Origin: an uncultured Bryobacteraceae bacterium
GTDB taxonomy: Bacteria > Acidobacteriota > Terriglobia > Bryobacterales > Bryobacteraceae
Assembly (NCBI GenBank): GCA_937924525.1
Contig: CALDSU010000002.1
Location: 311,069-375,068, forward strand
Direction: 5' to 3'
DNA length: 64,000 nucleotides
Made by a program: the position numbers and the translations under genes
Notes under the pieces: model-generated
What the model was told of the DNA's origin: nothing
The model's database searches: none
What the model saw: only the letters and a program-made list of their open reading frames with translations
Part shown: positions 35,167-43,219 of the stretch, one piece after another
Layout of the letters: each line of letters opens with the position of its first letter
How positions within the stretch are numbered: position 1 is the first letter of the stretch

Positions 35167-36459
35167 TTAACTCGCGTTCTCCCCCCGGAACGGTCCCGCA
35201 TGCTGCCGGTCGAGGATGTCGCGCACGTCCCGTCCGTGGATTTCCTGCGGTGTCTTGCCCTTGGCGCAGCAGAAGGCGGCGGCGGCGCCGGCGGCCTGCC
35301 CCATCGCCATGGCGGTGACGGTCACCCGCGTGCTGCTGGCCGCCATCCGCGTGGCCGAGTGGCACCGTCCGGCCACCAGCAGATTGCTGACCTTGCGCGC
35401 CAGCAGCGACCGGTAGGGGATGTCGTAGTGATCCGGCTGAAAGCCGTCGAGTCCCCCCAGCGCGCCGGGGGCCACGTTGGCCGTGCCCGCGGTGGCGTAG
35501 CTGGGGTGCAGATCCAGATACCAGCAGCCGGTGGCGACGGCGTCGTCAAACGATTTCTGATCCTTGATGTCGTGCTCCGTCAGCACGTACTCGCCGACGA
35601 TGCGCCGGGATTCGCGGATGCCGAGGTAGGGGCCGCTCGAAATGAAATAGGAGTTCTCGAAACCGGGCACCCGCTTCTTCCAGACTTCCCACATGGCGTA
35701 GGCGTCATGCCGCCCCTGCATTTCCGCGCGGGTCAGGTCGAGCGGGTCCGTCGCGTCGGCCGTCACGCGCACGGCATGCACATATGCCTCATCGTCGGCG
35801 AAAAAGAACGAGAGCCCCGGCCCGTAATAGCTCTGGTAAAGACCTTCCTGGTGTCCTGCGGTGGTCGCCTCGCGGGCCAAGCGCCGCAATTCGGGATGCT
35901 GGCGCACATTGCCAATGCGGAAGTGCATGGACATCGGCATGTACTCTTTTGATGCATCGAGCGGGACCTCCGCGCGCGCGGCGACGTCGGCGTCGCCGGT
36001 GGAGTCGATCACCACCTTCGGTTCGATGCGGAGCAGTCCCGCCTTCGTGGCGACCACGACGTGGCTGATCCGGTCTCCGCGGCGGCCGACATCCACCGCG
36101 AAGGCATGAAACAGCGTTTGTAGTTTGGGCTCCGCGGTGAGCAGGCGGTCGGCGACCAGCTTGAACCGCTCCACTGAGTGGATCGGCGCGTTGTGCCGGG
36201 CCACGTGGGTATCCGACATCTTGGCGACGCCGAGTTCGGTGAGCAATTCGAGCGCAATGCCCCGCACCACGATGCGGTTGTCCTGCTTGCGTGCGATGCC
36301 GTCGAAGTAGGGCAGCCCGGCGCAGGTGATGATGCCGCCCGCGAAAGGAGCGCGCTCCACCAGCAGCGTCGACGCTCCCTGGCGCGCGGCCGCCAGGGCT
36401 GCGCCCAAACCGGCGCAACCTGCGCCGCACACCAGCACTTCGGGACTTAGTTTCAGCAT
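35167..36459 (-). CDS. FAD-dependent oxidoreductase
   Basis: 430 aa from ATG 36459 (MLKLSPEVLVCGAGCAGLGAALAAARQGASTLLVERAPFAGG, dinucleotide-binding fold). The rest of the 753-aa ORF is upstream non-coding read-through. Confidence 0.75.
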   Translation of the reverse strand: MLKLSPEVLVCGAGCAGLGAALAAARQGASTLLVERAPFAGGIITCAGLPYFDGIARKQDNRIVVRGIALELLTELGVAKMSDTHVARHNAPIHSVERFKLVADRLLTAEPKLQTLFHAFAVDVGRRGDRISHVVVATKAGLLRIEPKVVIDSTGDADVAARAEVPLDASKEYMPMSMHFRIGNVRQHPELRRLAREATTAGHQEGLYQSYYGPGLSFFFADDEAYVHAVRVTADATDPLDLTRAEMQGRHDAYAMWEVWKKRVPGFENSYFISSGPYLGIRESRRIVGEYVLTEHDIKDQKSFDDAVATGCWYLDLHPSYATAGTANVAPGALGGLDGFQPDHYDIPYRSLLARKVSNLLVAGRCHSATRMAASSTRVTVTAMAMGQAAGAAAAFCCAKGKTPQEIHGRDVRDILDRQHAGPFRGENAS

Positions 36460-36585
36460 GGGTGGTGACTCAATCCCCAGTATCCCCCGAGTACGTCCCG
36501 CCCCGCACCAGGCGCTTTCGCGCTCGCGCGCCGCGCCTGCTCTGGCAACGACGCCGCGTCCCTGGTGTGCTAGCTTAAGTCCCAT

Positions 36586-39500
36586 ATGCTTCGATGGGTG
36601 TTTCACGTTGTCAGTTTTTTTCTCTGCGCCGGCGTGCTCCTGTGGGGACAAGGTACGACTTCTCGCGCCGTTGGCATCGTCACGGATTCCACCGGCGCCG
36701 CGATCGCCGGAGCCAAGGTGACTCTCACGAATGAGGCTACCGGCGCGGCGTTCTCGACCGTCACCTCCGAGTCTGGCAATTACCAGCTCGAAGCCATTCA
36801 GATTGGCGTGTACCGCCTGGAAGTAGAGTCCGCCGGCTTTCGCAAGTTTGTCTCGCCGGGAAATCAGGTGACGATCGGCACGCCGATGACCTTGAACGTC
36901 TCGCTGGAGGTTGGCCAGGTGACCGAGACGATCGAAGTTTCCGGCGCCGCGGAGTTGGTGCAGACCTCGCAATCCGGCAACCTGGGGCCGGTCATCAACG
37001 AGCGGCTGATCAAGGAAATGCCCATTGTGGCCACCCGCAGGCGAGATCCTACCTCCATTCTGGAGTACGTCCCCGGCATGAACAACGGGGCCAACACCGG
37101 CAGCGGGGGGCATTTGAACGGATCCCGCGACCGCGCCTGGAACTTCACCTTGGACGGCATTGACATGAATGAGGTGAGCGCCGGCGGCGGGGTGGGCAAC
37201 AACCCCATCCGCGTCAACCCGGACTCGGTGGCGGAGATGAAGATCGTCACCAGCAATGCCTCCGCCGAGTTCGGCCGCAACAGCGGCGGGCAGGTGGCTC
37301 TGGTCACCCGCTCGGGCACCAACGAACTGCACGGGAACCTGTTCTGGTTCTACCGGACGCCCGGTCTCAATGCGAATCGCTGGCAGGACAACCTCGATCG
37401 GGTGGGCAAGCAGAAGTTTATCCAGCACATTTTCGGCGGCAGTGTGGGCGGGCCGATCGTGAAGAACCGGACCTTTTATTTTGGCAACTGGCAGGAATTA
37501 AGGGCCATCCGCTCGCTGACGCAGACGGCGACCGTGCTGACGCAGCAGGCGCGGAACGGGATTTTCCGCTACGCGCTGAGCGGACAGAACCGCCCGGCGG
37601 GGACGGCCAACGCGTCCGTGGACTTTTCCGGCAACCCGATCGTGCCGGTGGGCAGCTACAACATCGTGCAGAGCGATCCGCAGCGGCTGGGGATCGACCC
37701 CGCGGTCAAGGCGCTGATCGACCTGACGCCGCTGCCCAACCGCTTCGACGCCGCCGGGGATGGGCTGAATTTCGCCGGACTGGTGTTCCGGCCCAACGAA
37801 ACCGAAGAGCAGCGCGACTTGACGGCCAAGTTCGATCATATTCTCAACGATCGCAACACCATCTTCGGGCGGATCTATTGGGGCAAGCAGAACACCCTCT
37901 GCGACGGCGTCAATTCCGGTCTGCCCCGCTACCCGGGCGGGCCGTGCCTGGTGAACACCTACCGCCTGCCGCGCAATTACGCCGTGAACTGGCGCAGCGT
38001 GCTGACGCCATCGATCACCAACGAGTTCGTGGCGGGATGGAGCGAGTTCTTCTTCGACTTCCCCAACCCGGTGCGCGACATCACCCGGCCAACGTTGCTT
38101 TCGCCGCCGGGCACGGGACTCACGATCCCGGTCGAGTACGTGTTCGCCAACACCCGGAAGCTTTCCACGCTCCAGTTCGTCGAGAATTTCTCCTGGCTCC
38201 GCGGCCGGCATGCCATCAAAGTGGGAGCCAACCTGCGGCTGACGCGGCACGAAGACGACCGGGGCAGCATCGGCGGCCAGAATGCCGGCATGCGCATCGA
38301 CTTCGACCCGGCGATCAACGCGGTGAGTCCAGATGCGTTCGGCTTGCCGGCCGGCATCAACCAGAGCGTGGACCGGCCCGCGCTCGAGTCCACCATCAAT
38401 TTCCTGCTGGGCCGGGTGGGCCGGTTCAACCAGGGTTTTGTGGCGCAGGGCGATCAGTTCCGCGTCGGCACCTTTCAGTTCGATTCGCGCTACAACGAGA
38501 TTGATCTGTACATCCAGGACACCTTCAAAGTCTCCAAGCGCCTGACTGTCGATCTGGGGTTGCGGTTGGATGCCCGGCTGGCTCCATCGTCGGCGGGGCA
38601 ACAACCCATCCTGACGCCGAACCAGGCGGTCGCCGTGGGCGCCGCTCCGTCGAACACGCTCCGCTGGGGTCCGGGACGCGACCTGTACCGCAGCGACTGG
38701 AACAACTGGGGACCCTCGGTGGGGTTGGCCTACGACCCGTTCGGCGACGGGCGGACCTCCCTCCGCACCAATTACCGGCTGGCATACGATCGGATGCCCA
38801 CGTTTCTGCTGAGCTCGGCGGTTTTTCCCGCGATGCCGGGCAGTGTGCTCGGCGAGGTCAATCAGACCTTCGGGGCACAAGGGGGGCGGCTGCGCAACCT
38901 GCCGTCGCTGACCCCGACGCGGCGTCCTGCAGAACTGGCTCAACCCGCGCCGTTCACCGCGCAGAACAACACCGTGGTGGATCCGAACCTGGAAACGGCG
39001 CAGACGCACATGTGGTCGTTCGGGGTTCAGCGGGAAATCGTGAAGAACACCGTGCTGGAGGTGAACTACCTGGGCCGGCGCGCCACGAACCTGCTGGGCG
39101 CTTATAACATCAACCAAGTGGACATCTACGGCAACGGTTTCGCGGACGCCTTCCGGACGGTGCAGGCGGGCGGCGAAAGCGCCCTGATGAATCGCATCTA
39201 TGCGGCGGACTCCCGGCGGCGCGCCGGCGAGACGGGCGCGCAGTTTCTCCGGCGGCAGTTCGCCACCCAGTTGCGCAACAACGACGTGGCCGGCCTGGCG
39301 CTCCAGACCGCGCAGCGCCCGCAGTCGGGCACGTCGCTGGTGGAAGCGTCCGGTCTTTCACCCTTCTTTTTTATCCCCTACCCGCAGATGGCCGGCGGCC
39401 TCACCGTCATCGACTCGAACGACTTCTCGACGTATCACGGGCTCCAGATGACGCTGAACCGCCGGTTCGCCAACGGGGCGAACGTCAACGTGGCTTACAC

Positions 39501-40197
39501 CTGGTCGAAGTCGCTGGACACTCGCTCGTACGATCCGGTGTTTACCGTTGCTCCGGCGGGCAGCGCGCAGAGCGCCTCGAGTTCGCCGCAGGACATTTAT
39601 AATCGCAAACTGAATTATGCGCTGTCCGATTTCGACCGCACGCACACGCTCAACGGATTTGGCGTGTGGGAACTGCCGGTGGGTCGCGGCAAGCCGCTGG
39701 CGCGAGACGCCGGTCCCGTGCTCCAACGGCTGATCGGTGGGTTTCAGGTCTCTGGTTTGTTCCGCGCCACCAGCGGCCGGCCGTTCAGTGTCTTCGCCGG
39801 AGCCAATACCTTTTTCAACGGCCCCCAGGCGTACGCCGATTGCAGCGCCTGCACCCGGGCTTTGGGCCAGGTCCGCGAGGAGCAGGGTCTGAAGTGGTAC
39901 TTCGATCCCACTGAGCGGGCCAAATTCAGCATCCCCGCCGCCGGAACGCAGGGCAACACGGGCCGCAACTTCTTTCGGGGCGACCGGTTCATCAACCTGG
40001 ATTTCAGTCTGTCGAAGAAAACGCAGCTTTCCGAGCGGATGCAACTCGAACTGCGGGCGGATTTCCTGAACCTGACCAACACCCCGTCGTTCGGTTTCCC
40101 GACGGCGGTGGTCACCTCGGGAATCTTCGGGCGCATCCGCGCCGACGTGGTGAGCGTTTCGCGCCAAACCATGCTGGGGGCCAAGCTCAATTTCTGA
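36586..40197 (+). CDS. TonB-dependent receptor with N-terminal carboxypeptidase-regulatory-like domain
   Basis: 1203 aa. Signal peptide, CarboxypepD_reg-like GIVTDSTGAAIAGAKVTLTNEATG...SGNYQLEAIQIGVYRLEVESAGF, a plug region, and a long beta-barrel ending in ...LGAKLNF. Confidence 0.85.
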   Translation: MLRWVFHVVSFFLCAGVLLWGQGTTSRAVGIVTDSTGAAIAGAKVTLTNEATGAAFSTVTSESGNYQLEAIQIGVYRLEVESAGFRKFVSPGNQVTIGTPMTLNVSLEVGQVTETIEVSGAAELVQTSQSGNLGPVINERLIKEMPIVATRRRDPTSILEYVPGMNNGANTGSGGHLNGSRDRAWNFTLDGIDMNEVSAGGGVGNNPIRVNPDSVAEMKIVTSNASAEFGRNSGGQVALVTRSGTNELHGNLFWFYRTPGLNANRWQDNLDRVGKQKFIQHIFGGSVGGPIVKNRTFYFGNWQELRAIRSLTQTATVLTQQARNGIFRYALSGQNRPAGTANASVDFSGNPIVPVGSYNIVQSDPQRLGIDPAVKALIDLTPLPNRFDAAGDGLNFAGLVFRPNETEEQRDLTAKFDHILNDRNTIFGRIYWGKQNTLCDGVNSGLPRYPGGPCLVNTYRLPRNYAVNWRSVLTPSITNEFVAGWSEFFFDFPNPVRDITRPTLLSPPGTGLTIPVEYVFANTRKLSTLQFVENFSWLRGRHAIKVGANLRLTRHEDDRGSIGGQNAGMRIDFDPAINAVSPDAFGLPAGINQSVDRPALESTINFLLGRVGRFNQGFVAQGDQFRVGTFQFDSRYNEIDLYIQDTFKVSKRLTVDLGLRLDARLAPSSAGQQPILTPNQAVAVGAAPSNTLRWGPGRDLYRSDWNNWGPSVGLAYDPFGDGRTSLRTNYRLAYDRMPTFLLSSAVFPAMPGSVLGEVNQTFGAQGGRLRNLPSLTPTRRPAELAQPAPFTAQNNTVVDPNLETAQTHMWSFGVQREIVKNTVLEVNYLGRRATNLLGAYNINQVDIYGNGFADAFRTVQAGGESALMNRIYAADSRRRAGETGAQFLRRQFATQLRNNDVAGLALQTAQRPQSGTSLVEASGLSPFFFIPYPQMAGGLTVIDSNDFSTYHGLQMTLNRRFANGANVNVAYTWSKSLDTRSYDPVFTVAPAGSAQSASSSPQDIYNRKLNYALSDFDRTHTLNGFGVWELPVGRGKPLARDAGPVLQRLIGGFQVSGLFRATSGRPFSVFAGANTFFNGPQAYADCSACTRALGQVREEQGLKWYFDPTERAKFSIPAAGTQGNTGRNFFRGDRFINLDFSLSKKTQLSERMQLELRADFLNLTNTPSFGFPTAVVTSGIFGRIRADVVSVSRQTMLGAKLNF

Positions 40198-40233
40198 CCG
40201 GGCTGCTTCCACCCGGGAGTTCGCCGCTGCACA

Positions 40234-41865
40234 ATGGAGAGCGTCATGGCTCTGGTTGTGTTCGCCCTTTTTTTGGCTTTCCCGGTTTCTGCCGCCGATG
40301 CCTCCGCCTGGGACCAGGCGCGGGGGAACGGACGGCAAGCCGCCCAGGCGGTGCAGGCCATGCGCCGGCTGATGGACGCCTGGCTCCGTCACGCTGACCC
40401 CCGGACTCTGTTGTTGCCGGATCGCATACCCGGACGGCGGGGCTTGAAGGATGGGGACTCCAACCGGCTCTACACGCCCCATAACTCGGGCGCTGACCTG
40501 TACCCGTACCTGATCCTGACGGCGCACCTGACCGATCCGGAGCTGTACCGCGGCCGGATGATGGAAATGCTGCGGAACGAGGTGCGGTATACCACGGCGC
40601 AGGAGTCGATTCCGGGCAACCTGGAGATGTCTACCGGCCAGTTGGGCCCCCCCAGCATGTTTGGCGCCGGTGAGTACGCCAAGGATGGCCTGCTGGCGGT
40701 GACCGAATACCTCGGCCGTACGCCCTGGTTCCACCGCATGGTCGACATGACCGCCGACGCCATGGAGCGGGCCGCGGTCCGCACGCGCTTCGGCAATCTG
40801 CCCGCCAGTGACGCGGAATTGAACGGCGACTTCCTGCAAACGCTGGTGCGCCTGGCCACGATGACAGGCGACCGCCGGTTCCTCGCGTGGGCGCGCCGCA
40901 TCGGCCAGGCGTATTTCGAGGAAGTGCTGCCCGGCAATCATGGGGTGCCCAGCGGCAAGTGGGACTTCGACAAGCATACTGGCGACGGTCAACTGCGGTT
41001 GCGGGACCATGGGAACGAAACCGTGGTCGGATTGACGCTGCTTTATGCGCTGGAGCACGACCTGGAATCGCCGCTGGCAGCCAAGTATCGGGCCACCGTC
41101 GCGCGGATGCTGGACCGCATTCTGGACTCGGCCAACGAGGACGGGATGCTCTACAACACGGTGGACGCGGCCACGCTGAAGCCGCTCAACACCGGCCTTT
41201 CCGACAACTGGGGATATGTCTACGGCGCGGTGTACACCTTCTATCAGGTCACCGGCGAGACCAAGTACCGCGACGCGGTGCGCCGCGTGCTGCGCAACCT
41301 GCCGAAATACCGGAACTACGATTGGGAGCGCGGCTCGTTCGACGGGTATGCCGACTCGATCGAGAGCGCGATCTACCTGGTGAATCGCGAGCCGGAGCCC
41401 GCGGCCTTCGACTGGATTGAGTCGGAGATGAAGGTGATGCTGGCCATGCAGCAACCCGACGGAAACATCGAGAACTGGTACGGAGAAGGGAACTTCAACC
41501 GGACCGCCATGCTCTACGCGCTCATGAAAACCCAGGGTTGCCGGCCGGAGCGATGGACCGTGGGTCTGGAGATTGGCGCGGTCCGGCAGGGCCGGCAACT
41601 GCATCTGACTCTATCGGACGTAGCCCGCGTCCGGTTCGATTTCGCGCGCCACCGCCGCGTCTTGAACTTTGCGCGAAACTACGTGCGGCTGAACGAATTT
41701 CCCGAGTGGTACACGGTGGACGAGAACACGCTGTACCGCCTGCGCCAGGGTGGCCAAGCGCACATCCGCCTTGGCTCGGAATTGATCGCAGGCGTGTTGC
41801 TGGCGCCCGGCCAGTGGCTGGTGGAGCCTGTCGGCCCGCCGCCTTACGGCCCGGCGCAGCGTTAG
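40234..41865 (+). CDS. secreted protein of unknown function (helical-repeat/toroid-like)
   Basis: 543 aa. Signal peptide MALVVFALFLAFPVSAADA. Good codon bias. It starts 36 nt after the receptor gene. No family recognised. Confidence 0.7.
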   Translation: MESVMALVVFALFLAFPVSAADASAWDQARGNGRQAAQAVQAMRRLMDAWLRHADPRTLLLPDRIPGRRGLKDGDSNRLYTPHNSGADLYPYLILTAHLTDPELYRGRMMEMLRNEVRYTTAQESIPGNLEMSTGQLGPPSMFGAGEYAKDGLLAVTEYLGRTPWFHRMVDMTADAMERAAVRTRFGNLPASDAELNGDFLQTLVRLATMTGDRRFLAWARRIGQAYFEEVLPGNHGVPSGKWDFDKHTGDGQLRLRDHGNETVVGLTLLYALEHDLESPLAAKYRATVARMLDRILDSANEDGMLYNTVDAATLKPLNTGLSDNWGYVYGAVYTFYQVTGETKYRDAVRRVLRNLPKYRNYDWERGSFDGYADSIESAIYLVNREPEPAAFDWIESEMKVMLAMQQPDGNIENWYGEGNFNRTAMLYALMKTQGCRPERWTVGLEIGAVRQGRQLHLTLSDVARVRFDFARHRRVLNFARNYVRLNEFPEWYTVDENTLYRLRQGGQAHIRLGSELIAGVLLAPGQWLVEPVGPPPYGPAQR

Positions 41866-41946
41866 CGCAGTAGCCGCGGGAATCATGCCCAGGCCAGCGG
41901 CCCTGGCGAGACGCGGCGGCGGCCGGGCGGGAATCTCCGCCGCCAG

Positions 41947-42237
41947 CTACCTGTGCGAAACCATGATCGCTTCGGGTGCGCCCTCCAGCCGGTGCATTTC
42001 GTTGCGCGCAAACCCCGCGTTCCTGTACATCTCGTCGTACTCGGCGAAGGTGTAGGCGTCGCCCTTTGCCGTCGTGGCCAGCATCATCATGATCATGGCG
42101 AACGCCGCCGGTTCCGGCGGCGAGATTCGTTCTGCGGCGGGGACGAACTCCAGGGTCACCACCAGGCCTTCCGGATGCAGCGCGCTGTGCACCTTGCGCA
42201 TCAGGGTCTCGATGGTGGCGGGGTCGAAAGGCCCCAC
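41947..42237 (-). pseudogene. 5'-truncated remnant of a class I SAM-dependent (O-)methyltransferase
   Basis: Only the C-terminal ~95 aa are present (FDPATIETLMRKVHSALHPEGLVVTLEFV...YTFAEYDEMYRNAGF). The SAM-binding glycine-rich motif is absent. Homology stops where the tRNA promoter region begins. Confidence 0.5.
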
Positions 42238-42248
42238 CGGTTCCGGTC

Positions 42249-42278
42249 TTGACCGCCCGCGCCGTTTGCCGCTAGAGT
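42249..42278 (+). promoter_or_regulatory. candidate promoter of the tRNA-Gly/tRNA-Thr pair
   Basis: TTGACC (42249-42254), an 18-nt spacer, then TAGAGT (42273-42278), about 36 nt upstream of tRNA-Gly. Confidence 0.4.
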
Positions 42279-42313
42279 GGGGAAAGCGGCGGAAGGGCCG
42301 CCGCGTCCCGCGA

Positions 42314-42388
42314 GCGGGAGTAACTCAGTGGTAGAGTCACAGCCTTCCAAGCTGTTGGTCGCGGGTTCGATTCCCGTCTCCCGCTCCA
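42314..42388 (+). tRNA. tRNA-Gly (anticodon UCC), CCA encoded
   Basis: Manual cloverleaf: acceptor GCGGGAG/CTCCCGC, D stem ACTC/GAGT, anticodon stem ACAGC/GCTGT with loop CTTCCAA, T arm GCGGG-TTCGATT-CCCGT, then TCCA. Confidence 0.9.
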
Positions 42389-42422
42389 GTTGTCCGGCCA
42401 AAGACCGGCGCTCCCCGCCCAG

Positions 42423-42498
42423 GCTGGTGTAGCTCAGTTGGTAGAGCATCTGACTTGTAATCAGAAGGTCGTGGGTTCAAATCCCACCGCCAGCTCCA
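42423..42498 (+). tRNA. tRNA-Thr (anticodon UGU), CCA encoded
   Basis: Manual cloverleaf: acceptor GCTGGTG/CGCCAGC, D stem GCTC/GAGC, anticodon stem TCTGA/TCAGA with loop CTTGTAA, T arm GTGGG-TTCAAAT-CCCAC, then TCCA. Confidence 0.9.
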
Positions 42499-42621
42499 TC
42501 ATTCCCAAGATTCTTTGAAGCGCAAGGGGAGGGCGGACAGGGACCCTCGAGCTGGGGCGATGCCACCCCTGCGTGGTTTGCGGTCACTGCCGAGGATAGT
42601 TCTTCAGAGACCACGACGAGG

Positions 42622-43174
42622 CTACCGTTGAGCCTGACGCTGGGCACGGGTCATCCGGTTGGCGCGGTTCGGGCCGGCTGCGCTGGAAACGGCGTCCTCC
42701 ACCAGGCGCTTGGGAGCGGTCCACTGCACGCGGGCCCTGCGCACGGCGCGCCAGGTGGCGGGCATCACCGTTCCGGTGCTGATCAGCGACTCGCGCGGGC
42801 TGATGGCGGCGGTATGGAAATTGCCCTGGTGTTCCACTTCCGGCCACGGTGTCCCAGTAGCCCTCCTCGACGCCGTCCGCATGGGTGTGCCGTGCCATGC
42901 CCGGGACAAGCTGCGGCTCGGTCCAGGTGCGTCCCGCGTCGCCGGATTCGGACCAGTGCACCGGATGGAAATCATCCGAGCCGGTGATCACTTGCATGGT
43001 CATCAGGCGCCGCCCGCCTTGCAGGCGCCAGATCCGGGGACAGAACCAGGTGGGCCTGCTGCCGTCCAGGTTGTTCCAGTGCGGCGTGTGCTCGATGCCG
43101 CCGATCAGGCTCCCGGCGGCTCGGGCGGGAGCGGCGGCGGCGAGCGCCGCCCCGGCAAACCTCCTTCGCGTCAC
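42622..43174 (-). pseudogene. frameshifted (and probably short) Tat-signal BNR/Asp-box protein
   Basis: N-terminal 110 codons (MTRRRFAGAALAAAAPARAAG..., Asp-box SGDAGRTW) are in the frame of ORF 42584..43174. From about 42835-42850 the G/C third-position bias and plausible sequence (PEVEHQGNFHTAAISPRESLISTG...) switch to the frame of ORF 42622..42975. Confidence 0.45.
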
Positions 43175-43219
43175 AAGTTCCTCCTTCGCCGGAATCTCCC
43201 TGGCGGGATCGCCGGCGCT

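Noticed and set aside
36542-36558. Sigma-54-like element CTGGCAACGACGCCGCG upstream of the TonB-dependent receptor
   Set aside because: The -24 half (CTGGCA) is good and the GG-N10-GC spacing is right, but the -12 half is CCGC instead of TTGC. A single weak hit in GC-rich DNA is not convincing without a matrix score.
42499-43219. Integrated mobile element at the 3' end of tRNA-Thr
   Set aside because: There is no integrase, excisionase or phage/plasmid gene, no visible direct repeat of the tRNA 3' end, and no compositional shift. Only a frameshifted BNR gene follows.
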